A DNA stretch of 64,000 nt. It comes from Dictyostelium discoideum (Eukaryota). The stretch spans positions 2,048,001 through 2,112,000 of the forward strand of contig CM000152.2 in NCBI GenBank assembly GCA_000004695.1. Reading direction: 5' to 3'. Below are positions 52,501 to 61,356 of this stretch, piece by piece; the stretch's first letter is position 1, and every line of letters starts with the position of its first letter. The position numbers were made by a program, and so were the translations under genes. Under the pieces are notes generated by a model, which made no database searches, had not been told where the DNA came from, and saw only the letters and a list, made by a program, of their open reading frames with translations.

Positions 52501-53013
52501 ACAAAAATCTCTTTAAATGATGATCAATCCAGTGATCAATGGGGTAAAACTGGTGCTGTAAATATGATGTTGGTTAATAATTTCGTTTGGATAACTGGTG
52601 GTTCAAAATTGACTCAAATTGATTCACAATCTTATCAACTCTTGGAAGTACATGGAAATCATTATTCAAAACCAATCACCTCAATGGCATTGGTTGAAAA
52701 AAATGTTTGGATCTCTTGTGAAGATGAATCACTTTCAGTTTGGGATGGTGATACTGGTTCCTTTATTAGAAAAGTTGGTTCTCCAATTGGTTCACCAACT
52801 AAGCCAACCGTTTACACTAAACTTTTATATTTCAGTGGTTATGTTTGGGCTTGTACTCAAGGTTCAATTCATATTTATTGTATTCATTCATTAACTTGTA
52901 AAAAGAAAGTTGAATCAAAAAATCATCCAAATAGTATTGTAGATTTAATTAAAGTTTTCCAACAAACTGTTTGGTCATGTTGTGGTACAAATAATGTTTG
53001 TATTTGGTCTTAA
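46570..53013 (+). CDS. Roco-family protein (LRRK2-like) with LRR, Roc GTPase, COR, protein kinase, PH-like and WD/beta-propeller regions. Single 6.4-kb exon.
   Basis: N-terminal LRRs (LDLSGNCISVLPPELANLTELVRLDLSFNILTTLP) precede the Roc P-loop LMIVGQENVGKTSLVKCL. A low-complexity N/S/G-rich insert of about 170 aa then separates the P-loop from the G3 motif SIWDCAGQE and the G4 motif LIGTHLDD. A COR region follows, then a kinase domain (LIGRGASGKIYRA...VAVKQL...HRDLKSPNVLL...VGDFGLS...WVAPE) and a PH-like segment (WRLRWFVLSRFDKTLKYYS...WLTAINRV). The C-terminal region has WD-like W-x-x-x-G repeats. The product is 2147 aa. Confidence 0.9.
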   Translation: MNSIHKQHYTINSNHYNESININSLLLNDLNDEKRTTSTNNKSNNNSNNNNNETLEDIIEFNNNNCNGDMKYLDLSKRMIYSLELMMIPEIENRFQGDFKSISILNLNDNLLGEIPESLKQLTQLISLSIRGNHILEIPLWFPEEFKLLRKLDVSHNAISSVPNTFNKFSILEDLNLSNNYISYIHPSLFPEGIMRLNLSNNLFREVELPPWFESLLTLDISGNKLKHLGNLPFHLVRVSIDDNHLESIDHKVILRNKDLALKFNQSFSDIVLERIYQCWYTGDPVLDLSGLGMCVVPPILGMLVHLTHLDLSGNCISVLPPELANLTELVRLDLSFNILTTLPLYIVSYKRLEHLDLQGTLDTLVSPPRRIAETGKLIDIQRYFHDLFQGEPSYRVKLMIVGQENVGKTSLVKCLKMKKKFSKNSDHLGTNVSTDGIDIDEIKFNLDIELPSNPSSNSLISNSLSNSSISSNNINSNNNINVHSNGGGINSNGVNSNSQININSSSGNIHSNGGGVGNVNSSGGIHSNNSSGGGGGSNSFLNNTNSNGTNNNSSNLNINTNSNNVNSSGGGNNYHPPVGTNTSMSNIQVIGSSGSNLGSGSNLSIGGSNGNNNNNSGGSGTMVNQRVTMSIWDCAGQELYYTSHQMFLTDSALYVVVWNLCKPEVNSRVEFWLHSIRSKAENAPILLIGTHLDDYLATHSESELDEILENIYSKYFRKFRLKGISILSCSTGVGFDNFLDLLKKTVVELPSLKQSLPELYLKLEKLIIKKRSTLVPPVLTWQSFSQMVLSNLDFHDEIHVKVATKALVPLGSISFFDEPGLDQYVFLDPQWLTGVFSSIITTKHKFIKDGVLKKSDLYQIWKPPHFIEDEGLHSLLINLLERFELMFPLDSDLVSLSSSNGNNGNSYVNNNNNNNNNSNNNNNGSNKSSPFKTTPSSPSTLRLVDSKSKGSHSSNPILSGNNSSSKNSTSTKRSISGSPLRSRSNSDLDLIGGGGGSPINGSSIDYSSKSNTLTPGLFNELNQKFIIPSQLPEIRPSFGLLWPSLDHSRVEFNRWIQLSFAPAGLFSRLLIRLLISKEFDMKPILYWRNGVVVESQSGKSFLSTSTALIEMVPSYANCSSTIKISVRGDRRTGRGLSAKLLRLIVEIADTLCTSWYHLETNQVIPCPHCINKPNCTLFSLSDCEAVASSGVWYLLCGDRKINFETFVPDVAMSDFWGSGSKKFNYDQIKMHKEKRILSIKPASFGNNQIQFEVRVPPSPPPPPVQQIINNGADDNITTTTLAVNNIKVLESGGSQPPSPRSGKDVTHELPIINRLEIIQPTSDESSLIQVEFDHNNQTLVISGTYKYGDLLEIEFESPKLIGRGASGKIYRANLNDTMVAVKQLEVVGEDAPRIFSEFRREIHVMSDLKHSNVVNLLGFTLSPFTMVMEYIDCGDLHKFLHSPIGDQLNGNWALILKLALDIAKGMEFLHSVTPPLLHRDLKSPNVLLSMKDGVYTAKVGDFGLSSRMFIQALKHKLRNFPVGNITWVAPEILREEEYTVKSDVYAFGLILHELLTRKHPYREFNYSMVSLQEDAIKNGLRPTISPSYTQTVTGHEYCGLIQDCWDSDIDRRPTFNKIVKRIKQIIGRDVNNILMVNGVSVVSGIQSPNSLADSQPFHYHQQQQPSLNSTNQLQQQQYSSVLTSPRSNLSDSSNSSQNIANKSLNNISATSLGDLGGNDENLGGQLQYSMRVPQPEAKVNQLVWEVNSRRVWGGCESGEIIVWNAENGNQIFREQKLHPGPIRSLALVNQEDIWSAGGIGPQQSTIRIWNAWRFNLDDQSGTKSDFITKKGRGGSTFGRKSWRLRWFVLSRFDKTLKYYSKQTDKEPSCSLILEGAWLEEISPPGYKVSLHLIHPEKRTMEMEFKSESEKSSWLTAINRVINQNIPLYEIALGKQMTSGSENDYITNLLSVGPNVWVSLKETPSILVYNVKSKELVTKISLNDDQSSDQWGKTGAVNMMLVNNFVWITGGSKLTQIDSQSYQLLEVHGNHYSKPITSMALVEKNVWISCEDESLSVWDGDTGSFIRKVGSPIGSPTKPTVYTKLLYFSGYVWACTQGSIHIYCIHSLTCKKKVESKNHPNSIVDLIKVFQQTVWSCCGTNNVCIWS

Positions 53014-54942
53014 ACAATAAATTTGAATTTATTTAAAAAAATAATCCTTATGATTTAAATTTTTTTTTTTTTTAAACTCTTTTGTTTTTGGTGAATTCAA
53101 TATGTTGTTAATGTTGCAATTAAATAAAATCAACCATCTCTTGAAATTGTAAAACCTTGAATAGTTGATAATTCTTTATCGGTTTTCTTTTAGAATCTTT
53201 GATGTAAGAAATTGGTATCCTTCTTGATAATTTTGTTATTATTGTTATTCTAATTATTGAAATTGTGATTATTATTGGTGTTAATTAATATTACAAAGTG
53301 AAATGATGATAAAGATATTTGTGTGTGTAAGATGGTGGTGAAATTTCATTGTGAAGTTGATGTTAATTAATTCTTTTAAACTTAAAACATGGTGATGCTA
53401 CTTTGTACCGGAATAGAGGATGGTTTTGAAATAATAAAACAATACCTATATTACCAAATTAAGTGAGGTTAGCTAATTTAGTGAGGTTAGAACCACCAAA
53501 TAAACCAGTTCCAGGGATTAAAATTGAAACTAAAAAACAACCAATTGTTTGTTGAGATGGTTGAGCCGAACCATTAAAATCCATCTTCAGTAGTTGTAGA
53601 TTCAAGTTGGTTAAATGATGGGAATAATTTATTTTTTTTATTTATTTTTTCAAAAAATTTATTTTTAAAATAAATTATTATTATTATTATTATTTGAATA
53701 ATTATTGCTGATTAAGTTGTCATTGTTTAAAATTTTCAAGGAAAGAGCTGTTTGATGATAATATATTGTTGGTTGGTTTGAGTCTGTATTGGTTTCATTA
53801 CAATAGTTGATGGTAGTGAAAATTATTTAATATTGTGACATTGCTGCAATGATGTGATATAAAATAGAAGGTGTTGATGAATTTAATATTCATTATTGCA
53901 ACAGCATTATTTGATTTTTTTAAACCAAGGAAAGATTTGGGCCCAAAAGATTGAAATAAAAGATTCCTTCCCCAATGGTACCTCTTCGAAAAAAAACAAT
54001 TGTTAATGTACCTCTTTTAAATTAATATAGTTGATAATTTAAACAATAATGAAAAAAAAAATATTTTATTAAATCTTTTAATTTTTATTTTTTAGTTTTT
54101 GATTTCTAATTTTTATTTATAAATGATGTCAACTTCTTTTCAAAATGCCATAGTGCATAGATAAATATTTCCTTTCACTAAGTTTAGAAATAATTTTTAT
54201 GTGATGATCAACCTTTCTTAATGATATAGTGCATAGATAAATCTTTCCTTTCTATATCATTTGATTGGTATTAATTCATATATTATATTATCTAGATTAT
54301 AATTGACTTTAAACCATTTTTATTTTACTTTATAAAAAAAATAATATTAAAATTAGATTTAAATTGCTTGTTATTTTTTTATTTGTTTTTTTTTTTTTTT
54401 TTTTTAATCTCTTTACCTTTTTATTTTTATATTTTAAATTATCAATCAACTTTTATCTAAATTTATAATTGTTACAGTTAGATTTTTTTTTCTATTTGTG
54501 TTTTTTTTTTTTACATTTGTACAATAGATTATTTTTTTTTTTTTTTTAAAAAAAAGTGTCTTTTAATACTGGACCTTTTTCAATTTTTTAAATTATTTGA
54601 AATCAAAAAAAGTTATTTTTACTATTTAAGTAAAATCTAATAGCCAAAAAGTAAATTTCCAAATCTGGGAATATTCAAAAGGTGTATTATTTAAATATAT
54701 TCTTCGTTTATCTTAACAAAAGCCCTAAAACTTAATTTTTATTTTTTAAATTTTAAAAAAATAAAAAAAAACATATATTTTAAGATTTTCTTTTTTTTTT
54801 TAATAATTTGTTTGAGAAATAAAATAATAAAAAATCACAAAGAATTTTTAATTTATTTTATCATATTTTTTATTATAAAAAAATATTTTTACTATTATCA
54901 TTATTGAAAGATATCCAGTTTTATATATTTTATTATTTAAAA

Positions 54943-55188
54943 TTAAATTGATAAAATAGGTATAAAATCTAATGTTTTCTTACAATTAAAGAAGAAATGA
55001 CTCAATGTCCAATCTTCATGATTTGGATAGTTTACTGGTAGACATCTTAAATGATATCTAAACATCGTGTATTTTGTTTTGGGATCTTTTAAGTGTTGGG
55101 TTTTGATTGTGTAGTTTTTTATGAACTGAGCAGATTCTTCATCCAAGTGAACTTGTGACTTTTTTACTATTTCGGCGTAAGAGCTCAT
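54943..55188 (-). CDS. Small hypothetical ORF (81 aa) next to the tRNA gene.
   Basis: An in-frame TAA stop lies immediately upstream of the ATG. The ORF uses C-ending codons (TAC, AAC, TTC, ATC, ACC, CAC) that are typical of highly expressed Dictyostelium genes. It sits inside a GC-elevated island at 54.9-55.5 kb. No recognisable domain is present, and it could be a retroelement remnant or a real small protein. Confidence 0.3.
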   Translation of the reverse strand: MSSYAEIVKKSQVHLDEESAQFIKNYTIKTQHLKDPKTKYTMFRYHLRCLPVNYPNHEDWTLSHFFFNCKKTLDFIPILSI

Positions 55189-55499
55189 TTCGATGTGTTA
55201 TTTATTATTTTGAGCTTTGAGATGATAGATCGAAAGATCTTGATGATCTGATGATGAATACAGAAAGATTGAAAGAAGATGACCGAGATTGGAGGTGGAA
55301 AGGTATAGATTAATTTTAGTCAATAACCTCTAATCTTTTTAGGTTTTTTTCAAAGGTCTTAATTTGGTGTTTTGGGTGGTGTGATTTAGGATCTGTAAAT
55401 CGTAAGTGGTGCTGTTATCTTTATAGTTGAACATGATTTCTTCAATGTTGATTTTCCGAAGTTCGTATTTTTCCCAAAATACCAAAACCCCAAAATTTT

Positions 55500-55570
55500 G
55501 TGCGTATGCTGGGAATCGAACCCAGTTCGCATCCGTGGCAGGGATGCATCATACCACTAGACCACATACG
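55500..55570 (-). tRNA. tRNA-Gly (anticodon GCC).
   Basis: The minus-strand sequence GCGTATGTGGTCTAGTGGTATGATGCATCCCTGCCACGGATGCGAACTGGGTTCGATTCCCAGCATACGCA folds as a cloverleaf with a 7-bp acceptor stem GCGTATG/CATACGC. The anticodon loop is CTGCCAC (anticodon GCC). The T-arm is GGGTTCGATTCCC (B box), and there is an A-box-like TGGTCTAGTGG. The sequence is highly similar to eukaryotic tRNA-Gly-GCC. A T-run (TTTTGGGG) lies just 3' on the minus strand, consistent with a pol III terminator. ORF 55427..55633(+) is an artefact overlapping it. Confidence 0.92.
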
Positions 55571-55635
55571 CTTTTTTTTATGATATTTAAAAAAAATATC
55601 TTAAAAAATTTTGATTTAAGAAGAAGCAACTAAAA

Positions 55636-55735
55636 ATTGCGTTATTCCATCCAAAAAAAAAATTTTGATTTTTCTCTATGTGCACAAGCGTTATTCCATT
55701 CAAAAAAAAAAAATTTTGATTTTTCTAAATTAACC
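55636..55735. repeat. Two tandem ~48-bp direct repeats, 65-165 bp upstream (5') of the tRNA-Gly gene.
   Basis: The two units are attgcgttattccatccaaaaaaaaaattttgatttttct and agcgttattccattcaaaaaaaaaaaattttgatttttct, at about 85% identity. Confidence 0.85.
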
Positions 55736-56045
55736 CAAAAATGATTTTTATTTTTTTTAAAAATTTGATTTTTTAAATTTTAAAAAATAGAAATAAGACA
55801 ATGTCGAAAATGATTTGGAAACTTGGGTAACAGAATAACATTCTCAAAATACCAAATGATTTTATTTTAATAAAGTTATTATCTTAATTTTTTTTTTTTT
55901 TTTTTTTTTTTTTAACCCACCAAAAAATAAAAATAAAAATAAAGAATAAAAAATAATAATAAACAAAAAAATTATTACAAGCAAACTGTTTCAAAAAACA
56001 AAAATAAAAAGAAAAGTCAATAGAAATAGTGTATGATTTTTTGTT

Positions 56046-56076
<31 letters not shown>

Positions 56077-56522
56077 TTATAATTTTTTTTTTTTAATTTT
56101 AATTATTTTTATTTTTTTTCTTATTTTATTTTTTATTTTTTTTTTTATTATTATTTTTAATTTTTTTTTATTATTTTTATTATTTTTTATACATTAATTT
56201 TTTTTTAAAAAAAAATTATTTAATTTAAATTAACAAAGATTTTGGCGCACAGATTTCAACAAAGATTTTTTTATTAATCAATTCCACATGATTCAATAAA
56301 GGGGGTAAGAAAATCTAATATATTTGAAAATACCGAATGGAAAAAAAGATATTTTTAATAAAAACTTTTTTTTTTTAAAACTAATTTTTTTATTTTTCTT
56401 TTTATTTTTCTTTTTTTTTTTTTTTTTTAAATTTTTTAAATTTTTTTTCCATTGCCCAAACTATTAAATAATTTTTTTTTTTTTTTGGTTTTTCAATTGT
56501 CACCTGACTTACATAAAAGAAA

Positions 56523-57867
56523 ATGAAATTACTTATTTTAACTTTATTTTTAGCTACTATTGTTTTAGCTCAAGCTTTAACGTAAATATTAAGATTTATT
56601 ACTTTAATATATAATATTTTCAAACAAACAATCAAAAAAAAATAAAAATAAAAATAAAAAATAAAATAAAATAAAAAAATAATTATAATAATAATAATAA
56701 TAAAAGAATAATAAAAAAAAATAAAATAAAAAAATAAAAAAATAAATATTAATAATAAATTTTAATTAAAATAGAGTACCATTAAACTTCCATCAAGCTT
56801 CAAGAGAATCTAGAAGAAGAGTTCCACAAAAATGGTCAAACAGATTATCTGCTCTCAATGCTGGTACCACAATCCCAATTTCAGATTTTGAAGATGCTCA
56901 ATACTATGGTGCCATTACCATTGGTACCCCAGGTCAAGCCTTCAAAGTAGTTTTCGATACTGGTTCATCCAACTTGTGGATTCCATCAAAGAAATGTCCA
57001 ATCACTGTTGTTGCATGTGATTTACATAACAAATATAACAGCGGTGCCTCAAGCACATATGTCGCCAACGGAACTGATTTCACCATCCAATACGGTAGTG
57101 GTGCTATGTCAGGTTTTGTCTCTCAAGATTCCGTCACTGTTGGTTCATTAACTGTTAAAGATCAATTATTCGCTGAAGCCACTGCCGAACCAGGTATTGC
57201 TTTCGATTTCGCCAAATTCGATGGTATTTTAGGTCTTGCTTTCCAATCCATCTCTGTTAATTCAATTCCACCAGTCTTTTACAACATGTTATCACAAGGT
57301 TTAGTTTCATCAACACTCTTCTCCTTCTGGTTATCAAGAACTCCAGGTGCCAACGGTGGTGAACTCTCATTCGGTTCAATCGATAACACCAAATACACTG
57401 GTGACATTACCTACGTCCCATTAACCAACGAAACCTATTGGGAATTCGTTATGGATGACTTTGCTATCGATGGTCAATCAGCTGGTTTCTGTGGTACTAC
57501 TTGTCACGCAATTTGCGATTCAGGTACATCACTCATTGCTGGTCCAATGGCTGATATTACTGCCCTCAATGAAAAATTAGGTGCTGTCATCTTAAATGGT
57601 GAAGGTGTCTTCTCTGATTGTAGCGTTATCAACACCTTACCAAATGTTACCATCACCGTTGCTGGTCGTGAATTTGTTTTAACTCCAAAAGAATACGTTT
57701 TAGAAGTTACTGAGTTCGGAAAGACTGAATGTTTGAGTGGATTTATGGGTATCGAGTTAAACATGGGAAATTTCTGGATCCTTGGTGATGTTTTCATCTC
57801 TGCTTACTATACTGTATTCGATTTTGGTAATAAACAAGTTGGTTTCGCAACTGCCATTCAAGGTTAA
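56523..57867 (+). CDS. ctsD: Cathepsin D (lysosomal pepsin-family aspartic protease) preproenzyme. Structure is join(56523..56581,56775..57867).
   Basis: Exon 1 encodes the signal peptide MKLLILTLFLATIVLAQAL-T and ends at a GTAAAT donor at 56582. The acceptor is AAAATAG at 56774. Exon 2 encodes a propeptide, then ...DAQYYGAITIGTPGQAFKVVFDTGSSNLWIPSKKC...IQYGSGAMSGF...FDGILGLAF...AICDSGTSLIAGP...FWILGDVFISAYYTVFDFGNKQVGFATAIQG. Both catalytic motifs are present (DTGS and DSGT). The total of 383 aa matches my memory of Dictyostelium cathepsin D. Confidence 0.9.
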
Positions 57868-58028
57868 ATTTTTTTAATTAATTTATATTTAAGATAGAAA
57901 TAAAACTAAATAATAGAACAATATATGTGCATTGTTTTTTTTTAATATATTTAGTTTAATTATTTTTTTTTTTTTTTTGTTGTGGATGTTGAATTAAAGA
58001 TGGAAAATAAGAAAAAAAAAAAAATTTG

Positions 58029-58059
<31 letters not shown>

Positions 58060-58660
58060 CAAAAAAAAATCATTTAAATGTAGACACAGGCCCATTTAAA
58101 ATTGATAAACATTTTCCCAATTAAAATACATTACCAATTTTTTTTTTTTTTCACTTTTTTTTTATTTCTTTTAATTAAAAAAAAAAATAATAAAAAAAAT
58201 TCTAAACAATTAAATTCATTTTTTTTTTTTTTCTTTTTTGAGTGCTCTATTTATATTTACTAAATTTATGTTTAAAAAAAAAAATTAATCATTGTTATAT
58301 AAAAAAAATAAAATAAAATATTTTAAAAATAAAATGAAAAATATGTTTAATTTTAATGTTTTAATTTTTTTTAATTCAATTAATTATTTTTTCCTCCAAA
58401 TTTGTAAAAAAATAAAAAATAAATTATTATTTATTTATCACTAACTTCAATCAATTTTTTTTTTTTTTCACCAATCACTTACACCATCATAATAAAAAAA
58501 ATCAATTAATTTTTTAAAAATAAATTCATTAATTAAACAATCAACAACATTCAAATTTCAATTATTTTTTTTAACTATTAACAATTAAAAAAAAAATAAT
58601 TACTGATTCTTTGTATTTAAAAGTTATAATATTAATTAAACAAACTTTATTCTCTTTAAA

Positions 58661-59082
58661 ATGTCTAAAAAATGTTTAAGTATGTTTTCAATATTATTAA
58701 TATATTAATTTTTTTAAAATTTTATAAAAATACTGATATAAAATTATTACTATTATTTATAGCAAGTACAAAAAGAGTTGAGAAAACTAAAACAACCAGT
58801 TATTTCTCACCAGTTGTTCAAACATCACCATCTTTAATTAATTTTATGAATTCACCACCCAATACTCCAACTTCAAATACAAATACAAATACCACAAACA
58901 CAACTGCAACTACAACTAAAACTAAAACTAAAACTAAAACTACAACTAAAAATAAAACTGAAACTAAAACTAAAACTACAACTACAAATACTAATACAAA
59001 TGCAAATACAAATACAAATACAAATACAACCATTAATACAACTACAACCACCACAACCAATGATAATCCAAGGATAATTTAA
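58661..59082 (+). CDS. Small Thr/Asn/Lys-rich low-complexity protein. It possibly has a 5' micro-exon at 58661..58679 joined to about 58763..59082.
   Basis: ORF 58672..59082 encodes TNTNTTNTTATTTKTKTKTK... repeats. A possible ATG at 58661 with a GTATGT donor and a TTATAG acceptor at 58762 would give MSKKCLTSTKRVEKTKTTSYFSPVVQTSP.... This is weak and may not be a real gene. Confidence 0.25.
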
Positions 59083-59183
59083 GAGTGGCATTGTTGATTT
59101 TAAATAGATTAATAAAATGTATTGTTGAAACTGCTGTTTAAAACATTTATTAATTTTTATTATTATTATTTTAAATTTTATTA

Positions 59184-60727
59184 TTATTTTTTTGTTTTTT
59201 TTCTATCATCACTTTCTCTTCCTCTTTGATATTGTAATTGATGATCAATTTCAACATCCAACTCTCTTGCAACTTGACAAACAAATAATGGATTACGTAA
59301 AAAACTTCTAGCACACATAACGATATCAGCACGATTTTCTTGTAAAATTGATTCAATTTCATCACCATGATTAATTAAACCAACAGTCGCAACTTTAATT
59401 TTATTTTCATCACCAACACCACCACCACTATTTTCATTTAATGTTTTCTTTACAGAATCTGCAAATGGAACTTGATACATTGGACAAACTTTAATTTTTT
59501 GTAAATGATTATTACCTAAAAAAAAAAAAAAAAATTAATACATATTTATTTTTAATCAAAATTCTACTAAATTAATAGTATATTTACCACCACTTGAACA
59601 ATCAATTAAATCAATTGTACCTAAATCTTTTAAAACTTTTGTAAATTTAATAGTATCTTCCATTCCCCAACCATCATCAGTCCATTCAACGCATGATAAA
59701 CGAACACCTAAAGCTTTATCTCTTGACCAAACTGAACGAACAGCTTCAATAATTTCTAATACTATTCTAATTCTATTTTCAAAAGAACCACCATACTCAT
59801 CAGTTCTTTTATTTGAAGTTGGTGATAGAAATTGGTTTAATAAATAACCATGAGCACAATGAATTTCAATGAAATCGAAACCACATTCAATACATCTAAT
59901 TGTTGATTGTTTAAAAGCTTCAATTGTATCTTTAATATCTTTTTTTGTCATTTCTTTTGGTACCATCATATAATCACTATAAGAAATTGGTGATGGTCCA
60001 AAAACTTGCCAACCATTTCCACTTGGATCATTTGGCATTATTGCATTTCTTGATCCTTCTAAAAATGGTGGTACTGTACTACCTTTACGACCTGCATGTG
60101 CTAATTGCATTCCAACATACTATTTTTTTTAAAAAAAAAAAATAATATTAAAAAAAATTAATTATCTTAGGTTTTTTTTTTTTTTTTTTTTTTTTTAATA
60201 ATAATAATAATTACAGAATCAAAAGTATGAATTAAATCACAAATTCTTTTCATTGGAGGTATTTGACTATCGTTCCAAATACCAGCATCAGCAAATGAAA
60301 TTCTACCTTCAGGTTGTACAGCTGTTGATTCAAAAATTATCATTGATGCACCACCTTTAGCAAATGTACTATATATATAAATAATAAATAAATTTTAAAA
60401 TAAAAAAAAAAAAAAAAAGTTTTTAATTTATGATTGAAAAATAATAAATAAATAAAATAAATTTATTAATAAATAAATAAATGAATAAATAAAATTGAAA
60501 AAAAATAGTATTTACCTATAATGAACTAAATGCCAATCACTCATAAGGCCACTGTTATCAGAACAACTATATTGACACATTGGTGAAACTACTAATCTAT
60601 TTTTTAATTTTAAATTATTTATTGTTATAGGTGTAAATGTTTTTGGAATATTTTTTTCTCCTGGTATTGGTATTCCAGGACCTTTATAATAATTGGGATA
60701 TTTAAATGGATATTTAAATTCTTGCAT
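59184..60727 (-). CDS. Old yellow enzyme-type NADH:flavin oxidoreductase (FMN-dependent ene-reductase). Structure is complement(join(59184..59515,59588..60119,60215..60368,60516..60727)), with about +-1 nt uncertainty.
   Basis: Four exons are joined by GTAAAT or GTAATT donors and TATAG, ATAG or TTTAG acceptors. The product reads ...[99 protein letters not shown]...GFDFIEIHCAHGYLLNQFLSPTSNKRTDEYGGSFENRIRIVLEII...IDCSSGG|GNNHLQKIKVCPMYQVPFADSVKK...RADIVMCARSFLRNPLFV. It has the OYE family hallmarks: active-site HxxH/HGY, and substrate-binding RTDEYGG. The product is about 409 aa. Confidence 0.85.
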
Positions 60728-61323
60728 TGTATTTTTAGAAAATAAATTAAATATTGATTTAATTTTTTTTTTTTTTTTTTTTTTTTTTAATCTATTTAAT
60801 AGATAAATATTTAACTAGTGAGAAATTTAATAATAAATTAAAAAAAAAAATAAATAAATAAAAAAAAAAATGTAAAAATAAAAATAAAACAAAAAAAAAT
60901 AAAATTATAAAAAATTAAAAATAAAATAAAAAAAATTAAAAATAAATTCAAACAATAACACCAACAATTTAATTACTATTCATGTTTAATTTTTTTTTTT
61001 TTTTTTTTATAGTTCAAAAATTGTGGTGTTGTTCAAATTTAAAGAAATGGACTGTTTTTTTTTTTTTTTTTTTTTTTTGTAAAAAAAAAGATATAATAAA
61101 TAAAAAATACTATAATGAATAGTTTTTTTTTATTATATTATATTTGATTTTATTATTAAATTTAATAAAATGATTTGGGGAGGGAGAGGATAAATTTTTT
61201 TTTTTTTTTTTTTTTTGTATTGCTATTATTTGGTTTTTTTTTTTTTTTTTTTTTTTATTTATTATTTTATTATTTTATTATTTTATTATTTATTATTTTT
61301 ATTATTATTTAAATTTAAAATAA

Positions 61324-61354
<31 letters not shown>

Positions 61355-61356
<2 letters not shown>

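Noticed and set aside
59600-59640. An apparent in-frame TGA in OYE exon 3 in my manual reverse-complement (KVLKRFRYN*)
   Set aside because: The supplied ORF track reads KVLKDLGTIDLID through this point. The difference is a single T in a T5/T4 run at about 59627-59631, which is most likely my transcription error. The gene model follows the ORF track, and nearby coordinates are given with +-1 nt caution.
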